DNA of 64,000 bases, taken from positions 1 to 64,000 of the forward strand of contig JAHLTZ010000046.1 in assembly GCA_025786725.1 (NCBI GenBank), written 5' to 3'. The stretch is from Syncephalis fuscata S228. Taxonomy: Eukaryota; Fungi; Zoopagomycota. The position numbers and the translations under genes are program-made. Shown in pieces: positions 51,440 through 64,000 of the stretch. Under the pieces are notes generated by a model. It did not search any database. It worked only from the letters and a program-made list of their open reading frames with translations, and was not told the DNA's origin. Numbering within the stretch: position 1 is the first letter of the stretch; each line of letters begins with the position of its first letter.

Positions 51440-53400
51440 ATGCGTAATCATATAAGTTTCGTATTAGCCGTAGTACTTTTAACGCCATGTACCCATGGCC
51501 AAGAAAGTAATAATCTTTTAAAATTTATTCCACATGATCCACGAGGCAGCGCACTTGATTTTAAACTTGTTGCGGCCACTAACCAGCCACACTACTACTC
51601 AAGCGGTACTCATAGAATAGTTAAACCACCCAATAATTATGAAGTGACTGGTATTGACTTACTGCATTCGGAATACAACTTAGCTGGAAAAGATGTAAAA
51701 ATTGGTATCATTGATAGTGGCATTAGCTACAGCCATGATGCATTTAAAAAACACTTTCCAAGCACATCTAAAACGGCTTATTCTTTTGACTTTGTTGGAG
51801 ATTATTATGATGGTACAAACGTCCCACCTTCAAGTGGCTATTCTGTCATGGATTGTAAGGGAAGCGGTACCAATATTGCCGGAATCATTGGTGGGTTAAC
51901 AAAAACATTTTCTGGCATTGCGCCACAAGCCACCTTGGGCATTTATCGTGTATTTGGATGCAAAGGAACGACCGAAGCTAAATACGTTTTGAAGGCACTG
52001 AACAAGGCAGTAGAGCATGGTATGAATATTATTGTTTTACCTACCATCGTGGACACGAATGATTCCATCAAAGAGTTAAAAAGAGCTATCGACAAGGCAG
52101 CTAAGAATAATGTTATTATTATTGCACCTACGTTAAGCAGTAGCCATAATGTTCAGAATCAACATGCTATATCCCTAGCTGGTTCATCGGTTATTTCTGT
52201 TGGTGGAGTAGAAATACCCAACTACATTGCCCATTGGTTTTGGCTTAATGGATCATCTAGAACTCGTATTTTGTATCAACATTATTGCAACTATATGAAA
52301 GTAGATACAGGCAAAGCAAAAGTAGAACTGGTTAACGTTGTACTATTTCAAGGCAAATGCATTATACAGGGCGACATAAGCGGCAATGTGCTTTTAGTAA
52401 TGAATTTGCAATGCTCAGATAAATTTTTAGCAATGTTTGCCAAAACGCACAATGCCAAAGGTATTGTTATGCCCATTATGGACAGTCACCAATTCGCATG
52501 TTTAGAAAAAAACATGTATGCGAAGTGCCTATATTTAGCATTACCATGGAAGATGCACTGCTTATTAAACAACATATTCAAGGAAATGCGAATACTCAAC
52601 TCGAGTTTTTAGAAGAAACTGGTCAAGTAAATGAAGCAGACAAAGTACGCATCAATACACAATACAAGCAACAGATTAGAGAAAGCATTTTTTTGAGTCC
52701 AGAGTTTATGGCACCTGGCATCAATTTATTTACAACCTTTCCATATAGCAGTCAAAGCTACGGATATGATAGTAGTCCATCTGCTCCTGTTGCCTATACC
52801 GCTGGTGTAGTCGCCTTAATACTCGATATGTATCGTGATATGAAACTAGATGTTTGGGTCATTAATTCATTGCTGCAAAATACAGCTCGCCCCATCAGTT
52901 CAACCTTAGATGGTGTTCTAGAATCGGTGCTTTATCAAGGGGCTGGTATGATTAATGCCTATAGCGCAACTCATGCTACATTTACGGTAAAACCATCGGT
53001 GATAAGGCTATCGGAAAAATTGGAGTTGATAAACGGGCTATATCACCATTTAGTACAACCAATTACTATTCATAATACTAAATATGAGAGTCAGAAATAC
53101 CGGATATTTCATCGTGCGGCAGCTACAATTTGCAACAGCGACACTACATGCAGTAATTTCGACCCAAGCCAGTATAAATCCTATGCTGCTATTGTCGGAT
53201 TTAGTCAAGAGATTGTCGAAGTACCTGCCAAACAAAAAGTTATTGTATATGTCAATGTCATCCAACCGCTTTCCTTACCAAGTACTCAAAACTGGCTATA
53301 TTCCGGCTACATAGTAGTTGATCCATATCTAATAGAATCGAAAACACCTTCAAACTATGCCATGCATATTCCCTACGTGGGCTTAAAACCATCCCATTAA
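51440..53400 (+). CDS. Secreted S8 subtilisin-like protein (PA-like insert, C-terminal Fn3-like region), probably catalytically inactive; one frameshift near 52500
   Basis: GIIDSGI, FSGIAPQATLGIYRVFGC, LLQNTARP, QGAGMINAY and LYSGYIVV. The His motif reads KGSGTNIAGII instead of NGHGTHVAGII. Confidence 0.88.
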
Positions 53401-53747
53401 AAACAATGCTATTAGTAATTATTTACGATTGAATTTTACTAATATCGAAATAGCTTATCATCTAGTTCTTTTCACTATTACGCATTTTACAAAAAAGTAT
53501 AATAATTAAATTCATTTATATAATCATTGCTATTTTTCACTTTTACGTAATATAAATAAATAACTGAATAATTACTACTAAATAATTGATAAACATTCTC
53601 AAAATGCTCTTAATAAACAATATATATGTATATATGTATATAATATTAAGTAATAAATGGTACTTTAATTCACCATAAATAATCAAGTAGTACAGAATAA
53701 ATCAAGTTACGCTTTGCAAGATCATCAAATTTGAAACTACAATCCAT

Positions 53748-55717
53748 TTAAAACTCCATATCATCTAATAACAATTATAATTAAATCTGTTTTAATCATA
53801 TCTTACTACTTACCTTGGTTCTGTTTTACTTCATCTTTAACCACTTGATTAACAAAGCTTTTAAACGACTGTATATATGGCTTTAACGAAGTCTTTTCCA
53901 TATCTAATTACCGATAACTGTAAGCAATAGTAGCTACATCCATCTATTTATTACTACTTGCCTAATACTTTTCTTCGAGTAGAGCCGTTATTATCGTTCA
54001 CTTGCTGATCTTTGGCTACTTGTGCATCATATGCATTAATCTCGTTAATTAAATCATCAACAGTTGGCACTGTTAATGGATTAAATTGCTCGCATATTTC
54101 TGGATTAATCGGTACACATACGCGTCCTAAATAATCACTTATTAACAAACCATCCATAAATTTCCATTAAAACACTTACCAGTTTTAGGATGAACACAAA
54201 ATGGACTTTTAAGCAAGTGATTTAACTGAGCTGTAACTTTATCATCAAGTCGTGGATACATATATTGGAACATAATATCCCGTGCTAAATTACTTGGATA
54301 TAAACGTTTACCACGCTAATTAATGTTAGATTAATGTTATAATAACCATAACAACTAAAATAAACTACTTACCATATTAGGTGGATTATCCAGTAATTTA
54401 CGTAACGATTGCCATCTTTCTACAGAGTCTTGTGTGCTATTATCGGTCCATTGCTTATTTAATGTTTGCCGAATACCTATATTCCTATTAGATCAATCTG
54501 ATAGTTATTGTTTCTACAGCCATTACCGTCATCACTGATAATATCCAATACTTTTCGCCATTGGCTTGGCTCGCCTAATATATCTTGCTTCTCAAGAACA
54601 CAACTTTCAAAGTTATTCTCTAATACAGCCATCGCTTGTTGAAGTGATGGAGGAAGTACAGCGGGTAAATGGACCTTGCGTGTCTTTTGCATACCACCCT
54701 AGGAATAACAACCACTAGACTTAAACACACTCTAATAAATATAAACATCGACACTTACCTTTACCACTTCAATCCATCCTATAATCGCTTTTCTACCCTC
54801 ATTGTTTAATCGACGTGCCCGTGCATCACACACCCAACAATGGACACCACGTCGACCACTATACACCCACAATAAATGTTTAAATCCAAAATCATCTACT
54901 CAATAATAAGTATCTAAATAAACAACTATTATAATTGCTCTTATTACCTCTTAATGCTCTATCAATTATTTTAATAGCAATAGTCATAAAATCCCAACAT
55001 TTAAGACAAATATTGCCACCACTATTATAAATAATAAATATATATATATATATCTTCGTTGTACTATAGATTATTTACCTGCAACATGTACGTATATCGT
55101 CATAATCTGTCATATCAATATCGAATACCAATTCTTTTTCCAATGGTTGAAATGCACCTTGTCGTAATGTTTTCTTATCTTTAGGCTATTACATTATATT
55201 ATATTATATTATATTAGTGTTACTGTTATTTATAACTTTTAATAAATACCTTCGCGTTGTAGATGGCACCAATATCAATCTTGACCGGACACATACGTAA
55301 CAGTTCGGTGCGTAGGTCGTCCACGTCTTTAAATGACTGGTAGCGGACATAGACGTCGTTTTGAAGTGTAAAACTGAATTCACGGTTTTGAAACGTGGGT
55401 CCAGAGACTATATACACATATAAATATGTAAATATACATACTTATAAATACACAACGTATTTGTCCATATTACTTACTTGGACCGTAATTAAGCCATTGA
55501 AAATACTGTTTATAAGGAAATAGACGTTGATAGTAGGCGCGTAATAATAGTACTAGACTATCTTGCTGTAGTTCTTTTCGTTCACTAGTGGTCTGTGTCA
55601 ACACTCGCTAATAACTATACATTGAAGCAATACTTACGCCATCTCAAAGGCTGCCGCTGCCGCTTCAATCTCTCGCTGGCTTACACCGTCCAGTTGCATT
55701 TCAGTATCGGGTATCAT
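53748..55717 (-). CDS. PRI1: DNA primase small (catalytic) subunit, multi-exon
   Basis: [86 protein letters not shown]. Confidence 0.96.
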
Positions 55718-55847
55718 ACTGGCTAGTAGTATGTTAATGTCGACGCGGTTGAAATGGAAAAAAAGAAGCAAGGAAAAATAACACCACTCGTGTCTTTTTC
55801 TCTCCGCCACCACCACCATATTCATACTACATATATCTATTGGATCA

Positions 55848-56705
55848 ATGACACACAAAGCAGCGCCTTCAAAGGTAGCGCATACGGTGTCGCGTTTATT
55901 ACAAGCGCGTATTCTGAAAAAGAACCTGTATGGCTACGTGCTGTACAGCGTCACCCGCCCGGTCCATCGCTTATTCGTGCTTCTCAGGCTGACACGCGTG
56001 GTGCACAGCCATTCGAAGAGGCAGCGGAGGAGAGTGGCCGTGGCGATCCAGCATTGATCAGTAGACAGCGCCTTGACTCGGCACTTAGTCGTCAACGAAA
56101 AACAAAGAAATATACACCGGTACGGCCACCGGTGATTGTTTATCCAGAGGATGCATTGCGACGACGATTCTACAAAGAACACCCTTATGAACTAAGTAGA
56201 CCACGCCTACTACTTGAATGGGATGGCCATAATCGACGCGATTGGACCCACCTCTGCCAAGAGGGAGAAAGTCCCACCGGTGAACAGTAAGTAGCTGTGT
56301 GGTGTGTGTGTGTGTGTGTGTATGCATATATTTAACTATCATGTTAATTATGGTTGGTTAATTGATTATAGTGTGGTGCAATATCAATTGTATCTTATGT
56401 CAACGGGTCTGCCAGAACAACAAGCTTATGCCGAGGCCACATCGGAATTCTATGCTATTCGGGCCCGTGAAGATACGGAACGACGATTGGCACAACTTGA
56501 AGCGCAACACTTTGGTGCCGTGCCTATTAAGAGTGCACTGGCCATCGGTATTGAAAAGGAAGAGGCAGCACTGGCCAACAGCCGTGAAGTATTAAGAGTT
56601 CGACAAGAAATGTAAGTAGTAACAGTAGTAACAGTATTTACTTATTAATATTATTTATTCTGTAGGCGAATAATGCAAAATGCCGCGGCAGAACAACCCA
56701 TATAA
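55848..56705 (+). CDS. RSM25: Mitochondrial small-subunit ribosomal protein mS23 (Rsm25), 2 introns, one frameshift near 55920
   Basis: EPVWLRAVQRHPP, RPPVIVYPEDALRRRFYKEHPYELSRPRLLLE, VVQYQLYLM, AYAEATSEFYAIR, EAQHFGA. Confidence 0.85.
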
Positions 56706-56828
56706 ACAGCTTAATGATTCATTATTAATATAAATATATATTATATATTATATATATTATTTATGGCTATCATGTTAAATTATGACCAATATTAATGTTC
56801 CAACCACTACCACTATTCTTGTCATCTA

Positions 56829-59367
56829 CTAATCCATTTTAACATTACGGTAGATACGATAAACGAACCAACTTGACAATAAATAGCCAAGTGAACCTTG
56901 AGATGGTTGGTTAAAATATGTTATACATATATTTCTATAAAAAAGATCTACTTACCTAGTGCAACAAATAAAGCACCACAACCAATGGTCATATTGGCAA
57001 AATACAGGCTAGTTTGAAATAGACCGGTCATTCTATAAGCCAAAACCATTAATCTATCTATCTATGTCACACATTTATACATACTTTGTATTAGCAAAGA
57101 AAAAGTAGATAATATACAAATAGATGTAAAAGGCCACCGAGCCACCAGCCAAAAACGATCTCCAATGCCTAATTATTCGTGTGAGTAAACATATATACCA
57201 TTCAATAGATATAATCTACATACCATCGATGTTCTTCAGCATTTAACAGATGATAGGTAGATAGAACGGCAATACTGGAGGTTAAACAAGCCAGTAAACA
57301 TAAAGCCATTAAAGTAAATCCATAGATGTAAAATGTACTAAATGACCAGAATGATACTAGAATGTAGTACATGCCTGTAAAGATAGAACAGAATGGCAAG
57401 AATCCTGTCAATATAACCATAAACACTGGTTCCAAATATCTAATTCATCCATTCATCCATTCATTCATCAATTAATATAGATATAGATAGATGTACGCAT
57501 TACTATTGTTATGTAGTTACTTTGGTGGTTCTGGTACCATACGCGCTACTGGATGCACTCGACAAGGTGGTTCCCAACGACTAGCGTGATTACGTCCAAA
57601 TACCGCACCAAATAGCGATAATGGACAAATAAGAAAAAGCCAAATAGCTACCAACGATAACTAGAACCAATACCATTAATATCTATCGTATATCTGTATA
57701 ATAGCCATTAATGTGTCTATATAACCTACAATAGTGGTAAATGGAATGGCCCGTGTACTAGAGTAGACACTAGCAATTATATTGACCGGTAGAGTAGCAG
57801 ATACAGCAATTGTAGGCCACAAACCCGCTGTTACCATTGTGCACCGAATCCACCTTCGACCTTATACCATATTATATTAATATGACATGACAGGATAGCA
57901 TACTATCCAACCTACCTCCATACATGCGATAATACCGACCACTAATATAACTAGCTATAAAAGATGTCACTGCATAAAGCAGAAGAATGGCTGTAGTCAT
58001 TTCACCAGGTCTATATCATGTATAGGGGTTAAATTCATTACATAATAGAGCCTATTTAAATACGCACGCTTGAAACAAGTGTCCAAATAAATGTAATCCA
58101 ACGACAAGTAATAAAGTGGCAAATAAATGATATCCAGTGCCTAATAATGCGGCAAATAAACACAAATGACGCGGTGGACGGAAAGTGTCACCGTATAATT
58201 GTTTCCATCCATATTCATCACCTAAATCACAATCCTATCATTGTAAATACTTATTAATGGTTTACATTTTATGTTAACTGTGCTGGCCATTACCAAATCA
58301 CCTAGACCCACTTCACGGTCATATCGTATATAATCTTTACGTAGGGCCCGTAGTATGGTTATCGTTGTTAATCCAGTTATAAAAGCAGTAATCAAAATGA
58401 ACACAGAATAGAATACCAATAAATCTATATAAAATAGTCAATGATCAATGTATCATTATTATTATTATAATAATAATAATATGTAGTTACCTGAGGTGAA
58501 AAGAATTCATGGGTGGCATATCGTTCATAACGTATGTAAATGTCTTCTTAGTCGGTATCCATTGAACTGAATACGTAAAATGAATAGATAATGGTGTGGT
58601 CGATGATTGATTTGGTAATTGGATAGGATTACTTGGTTCAAGATACACTTCAATAATTTGATCATTATTATAATAGAAAGTGAAATTTTGATGTGTATAT
58701 ACTAATAGTGATTTATCCATAATTCCATTCTGTTTACCTACAAATGCCCATACTGGTAGTTCATCTATTCAATTATATTAATATTAATGTTGAATATAAT
58801 CTATTAGTCTATACTTACCCACTATTAATTCATACCAATAATTGTGCTCTATAGCAAAACGGAATTTGGCTATTTGGTGATGATCAAGTGTATATTCTTT
58901 ACACAGCGTCTTATTTAATTGATCCTCTAATTAATATATAGATATAGATATAGATATAGATATTAGATATGATTAACCGCTATTACTATTAGATGATTGT
59001 ATTTACGTAGAAATAAAAGACCCATATTGGCATCGACTAGTTCCATGCCTTGTAAGACTTCACCGAGTGATTCATGTTGATACATGACTGATGAAGTTGG
59101 ACGGCAATAAGGTAGCTGATCAAATGCATAGGTTTCTTGTCGATTATCAAAAGGTCCTATCGTATTACGCCAAACAACGACTTGTTCTCCCGGTGAATAC
59201 TGTATATTGTTCGTTACATTATATTGTTAATAAAAAGTACTAGGCTGACCACTAACTCATTACAGGTTACTTACTCGATGACTATGTTCATTTGCCGTAA
59301 CCAGGCTTCCCATAGCCACGATAGCTATCCAAACAGATAGTAATAATAGTAATAGTCGAGTCAACAT
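56829..59367 (-). CDS. Transmembrane 9 superfamily / endomembrane protein 70, multi-exon
   Basis: Signal peptide, IGPFDNRQETYAFDQLPYC, DELPVWAFVG, YGWKQLYGDTFRPP, GFLPFCSIF, LLNAEEHRW, and C-terminal IYRNVKMD*. Confidence 0.93.
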
Positions 59368-59705
59368 TATTGTAACGCTAGAGCCATACTGCATAGCAAA
59401 TTTAAAGAAGAACAGTGATAGTGATACTGTTACTATAAGCCATTAGAGCTATCGATACTGGTAGTTATTTGATAGTTTCTAGTCCAAGAATAGAACTGCC
59501 AATCGGAACTCAGTTCAGTTATAAATGTGTGTTTGTAGTAATTAATATAATTATAATTATAGATATTGATAGTGATGGCGGTAATAGACACTTGTAACTA
59601 CACACACACACACACACTTCCGACTAACAGACTTCTTTCTCTCTTATTTGTTGTTGCAAGTTATTGTTGAATCCACTAGCGTCTACGCTACTTATTACAA
59701 CTACT

Positions 59706-60424
59706 ATGCAGTTCCGTATTCTTTCATCGTCGATTGTACGCGCTGTGCGTCAGCCATCTTATCAGGTAAGTAGTTAATGGACATTTGTATGACTAAAGAT
59801 GTCATGATCGAAGGAATCAAAACTATAAATCGCGTGTTTTTTACTATATATTACCTATCTATATGTCTGTATATACTTACTAATAGTATTGAATCTATTA
59901 GGCGGTCCGTACATTTGTTGCGCCATCCACACCATTGGCCAAGGGTAAGCGCTCAATCTATACTAATTTATATTATCAACCACAAACTACTAACTATTAA
60001 CTGGTGTAATACTATAGATATAGTGCAAGATTTGTTTGTTAAAGAACTGCGTGGCTATAAGCCAAGTGCTACTGTAAGTTAAATGGACTGGATCGTTTAA
60101 GTAAGTATTAATGGGTAATTTAATAATGAATAGTCTAAATCGGCTGATCTTGATCAAGTAAAGACATTCCGTGCACCAGCTCAACCCACCGTAAGTATCT
60201 ACTATCCATAGTTATAGTAATTAGTATTGATGGATTGGTAAATGAATGACTAATTGTTGTGACGATGATAGGCACCTGTTGTTGACGAAAATATTGAGAC
60301 TGCCGTGGCTGATTATGCCCGTGCTGATGTAGTAGCCACTGCCCAGTCTACCGGTGCCGAAGAAGCCATTCCAGTTGAATATCTCTTCCCTAAAGAGTCT
60401 GAGGTCGTAGAAGAGGCTCACTAA
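59706..60424 (+). CDS. ATP14: Mitochondrial ATP synthase subunit h, 5 exons
   Basis: Presequence MQFRILSSSIVRAVRQ, then DIVQDLFVKELRGYKP, QVKTFRAPAQPT and an acidic C-terminus. Confidence 0.85.
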
Positions 60425-60852
60425 GCACTCCCTGGTATGCACGTAGGCACTGCCACCACCTCTACCAATCATATACAGACATGCGTATGACTATTATTGC
60501 TCCACCATTACCAGAATGATATGCTTTATTGTCTTTAATAAAGCGTTGATTTGCATGATGAGTCATTATTTCTTGACAACCGTTTACCAATAGCCATGTG
60601 TTTAAATTGAAACTATTTAACAATATGTAGTGTAGATATTTGTGTGTAGGTGTGTGCCTTGTCATTCACTCCTTTTCCCTTTCTTTTACCTTCCATTCTT
60701 CTTTTCTCTCCACTCACTTACCACTCTACTCTACTCACTCTTTCACTTGCCCCTGGCTTTTATTCTATTCTATTCTATTTGAATATCTACGGAGACTATC
60801 TACTGCTGTCTACTACTGTACTTCTTGGAACCTTTCCTCCTTTTTGCACTTT

Positions 60853-63800
60853 ATGTCTACAAGTGTGTAGACCAACAACGATTTATTCTTTGTGTAGTGT
60901 GTAAATACACCTTCAGGAAGGTTGCCCGTAAATATGTCAGTCACAACACCATTATACAGCTTGCACATTCGTTTATCACATTATGGTCGAGTACGTCGAC
61001 TCTTCTATCCTTGTCCTAACGAGGTGACCGTCACTAAAATAAAACAAGATGTAAGTAGTGGTGGTGGTGGTTGAGTGTATATAGGTGCTATGGTGTTGAT
61101 AGTTTGTTTCCACGGCGATGACTAATAACAACAATACGCTGTTTTAAATAGACGGCCCGGCTATTCTCTCTTACGGACAACAACGACGCTAACGACGATC
61201 GCCAGTTTCGACTCTTCTTCCGTGCTCCGTTTGGCACAGCCGACGATATTGTTGTCAATGACGACGAGAATCTGCAAAAGGTTATTGAGATTTGTAATCC
61301 AGATCAAGGAGACTTGGCCAAGCAAACTTGTTGCTATCTAAACTTGATTGTTGAGCAACTATCCACTTCCAATAGCCATTTAGGCTATAACGGCAGTACT
61401 AATGTGTCACAAACAACATTGACTACTGGTAAGTACTATGGCTGTTGTCGTTTTGGCTGATAGCTATCTAACACTATCTGCACTGGCTATTTTTATTACA
61501 GATGTGCCAACAAAAGGGGATTTAGCCGCAGTAGAGGATCAGCTGTCTATGATCTATAAGAAGATCAATGAGCTTGGTGAATCTATAGCATCTAATGCTT
61601 ATAGTCGGTCAAGTGACTCTACGGCTACGGCTACTACTACTACCACTGCCATGCCACAACTGGACACTTCTGTCATGATTGATGAATTGGGTGGTGTGCC
61701 CAATAGCCAGCTATTCTTACTGGAGCAACAAGCATTGGAACTGGCCGCTGAGATTCGTGAGAAGAGCCAGCGTATTGTTAATGGTGCCACAGATATTGCC
61801 TCGGTGATTGCTTCTGCTTCGGCCGTTGCTGCAGTGACTGCTGCCGAAAGAGCTGCTTCTAGTGAACCGGCACCTACGGTAGACAATAACGACCGCGAAG
61901 AACAGCTTAGTGTGATGTGCGATGGATGTGGCGAGCTAGTCGATGGCCATTGGTATCACTGTATGCACTGTAGCGACTTTGATTTCTGCCAAAGCTGTTA
62001 CAGTTCACTGACAGTACGCCAACACCACCCCATGCATCATGGATTTAAGCGAACCGAACAGGCAAGAACAACAGCACCAGTGCCATGTCCAACACCATCC
62101 GCACCACCAGGTAATTAGCTATTTTGATTATTAGTATATGCATGCCTTTATAGACTATAGCTAACTAACTACTTACTTATCTAACTGTAGCTGTAGCTCC
62201 TGTCTATCATCAAGCGTGGTGTGACTTTTGTGATACGATGATTGCTGGTCATCGCTACAAGTGCCAGCAATGTGCCGATTTCGATCTATGCTCCAAGTGT
62301 ATTGGCCGAGCCGTGTCTCATAGCACTCGACATACATACACAGTGATTGAGAAGCCAGATACCGATGACCGTAGCCATATTAACAGCAATCCCTATATTC
62401 AGTCGACGACAAAAACGACACCTACCACTGCGAGATGTCAAACTAGAACATCAAGCTCTACTTGTCGTAGCCGTTCGTCAAGAAATAACAATTGGACCCA
62501 AGCATATACCGACACTGTACGCCATCTTAACGTAGTGTGCGATCACTGCAACTGCCGTATTGTCGGTACTCGTTACAAGGTAATTAAATTGACTATTTAT
62601 TAATTAATTAATTAATTAATACTAATTGTTTACGTTATTAGTGTGGCAACTGTCTTGATTTTGATCTGTGCAGCAGCTGTGAAGCATCAAGTACACATCA
62701 ACATGACGCTGAACACGTCTTTTTAAAGATCAAACGACCATTGCCATCACCACTAGCCACTAAAACTGCTTTACTGCCATCACTATATGTACGTAAGCCT
62801 ATTTCATTATCGTCGTTCATAAATCGTTCTGTGGTCAGGTGTAAGTATTATTATATTTAATATATTATTTAATGATTTATTCATGTTTAATAGACTATCT
62901 GGCAATGAGGATCGTTCTGGTACACCAACACCAAGTACTAAGCCAAATCCTTCGGTCATAAATAACAACAACAACAACAACATGCCCACTACTCAGTCTG
63001 AATCAACTGGTGAAAAGACTGAAGAGATTATTTGTGACAGGGATGTATCAGAACGCCAGTCTATGTCTCAGCTACCAGGTAGCTTTGCTTCTTTAAGGTA
63101 TGTATCGTACTATTGCAACAGAATCAATTGACTCATTTTATTACCAGTCGATCGATAGCATCAAGTTTTACCACCATTGGCAGCTCCATTCGCAGCACTG
63201 CATCTTATCATGGCACTTTTATCAACGATGCTAGCACAGAAGATGGCACGGTCATTATGGCTGGAGAGAAATTTATCAAGTCATGGACTGTAGCCAACCA
63301 AGGTGATTCTAGCTGGCCTGAAAATACCCGATTGATCTGTGTAGGCGGTGAATCAATGGGCAGTGTTACTGCTACCACTGTACCATCACTGGCTGCAGGA
63401 CAACAAGCGGTATTAAGTGTTGATTTAGTGGCACCACAACAAATTGGACTGAAGACATCTTACTGGCGACTTGTAGCACCTAATGGTTCACGTTTTGGTG
63501 ACCATTTGTGGTGTGAGATTAGTGTCACCAAGCCCATTGTTACAGAAGAAGCTGAAGCCAGCAAAGAAGAATCAGCTACAACGGAAGAAGTAGCCAAGGA
63601 TGCTACACCGACTGTAGATAGAGTAGAGCCAATTACTCAAGAAAACCATTTATCACACTCAGCTCTACTGGTTATTCCAACATTGTCATTCTCCAATATG
63701 AACACTGATGATGAAGATGCCATGTCTACCACAACGACCTGTTCATCTGATTTGACCAATCGATCTGCCTATGCATCTGAGACAAGCAGTGTGCCATCAG

Positions 63801-64000
63801 GTGCCTCTTCTTTACACATGGAGCCAGAGCCATTTAACACCTCGTCGATTACCATCCAAACAGCTCAATGGTCGAATTCGGATATCGAAAGTGATAACTA
63901 CTATCAAGAAGAACAAGACCTGCATCCTATTGTATGGGAATCGGATGACAATCACTCAGAAACAGCTTCAATTGCTAACCAAGAAGAAGAAGTAACTGCT
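60853..64000 (+). CDS. NBR1-like selective autophagy receptor (3 ZZ zinc fingers plus FW/NBR1 domain); 3' end lies beyond the window; start uncertain
   Basis: ZZ motifs CDGC..WYHCMHCSDFDFCQSC, CDFC..RYKCQQCADFDLCSKC and CDHC..RYK|CGNCLDFDLCSSC. FW domain reads EDGTVIMAGEKFIKSWTVANQGDSSWP...SYWRLVAPNGSRFGDHLWCEISV. Confidence 0.88.

Noticed and set aside
1-64000. rRNA or tRNA genes
   Set aside because: None recognised by eye, and the palindromes do not resemble rDNA. tRNAscan-SE and Infernal were not run.

Overview
AT-rich, intron-rich eukaryotic DNA from an early-diverging fungus. The gene content and short GT-AG introns suggest Zoopagomycota or Mucoromycota (inference). The window has two very different halves. 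(1) Bases 1-25135 are almost non-coding and form two overlapping giant palindromes, read as [R>][A] loop1 [A'][<R][B] loop2 [B'][R>][A1, truncated]. R is a 22-bp G-rich minisatellite whose variant order differs in every copy. The arms are about 99.5% or more identical by eye and differ mainly by transitions. The unit repeats with a period of 24,024 bp, which is the linear read-out expected from a roughly 24-kb circle with two ~10-kb inverted repeats and two unique loops. Loop 1 carries the only apparently live gene, a spliced, roughly 550-aa protein with two C2H2 zinc fingers that the ORF track misses. Arm A carries a decayed CorA/ALR1 Mg2+ transporter. All three breakpoints fall in copies of one dispersed, degenerate 250-800 bp element. 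(2) Bases 25136-64000 are ordinary chromosome: a DUF1399/GRDP-like gene, a secreted Gly/Ala-rich protein, RPL34, ATM1, AP-2 sigma, two GH5 exo-glucanases, a kinase pseudogene, two tandem acyltransferases, a subtilisin lacking its catalytic His, PRI1, RSM25, TM9SF/EMP70, ATP14 and an NBR1-like ZZ/FW protein. Single-base frameshifts even in housekeeping genes indicate residual indel errors in the assembly. All alignments were done by eye and no database searches were run.
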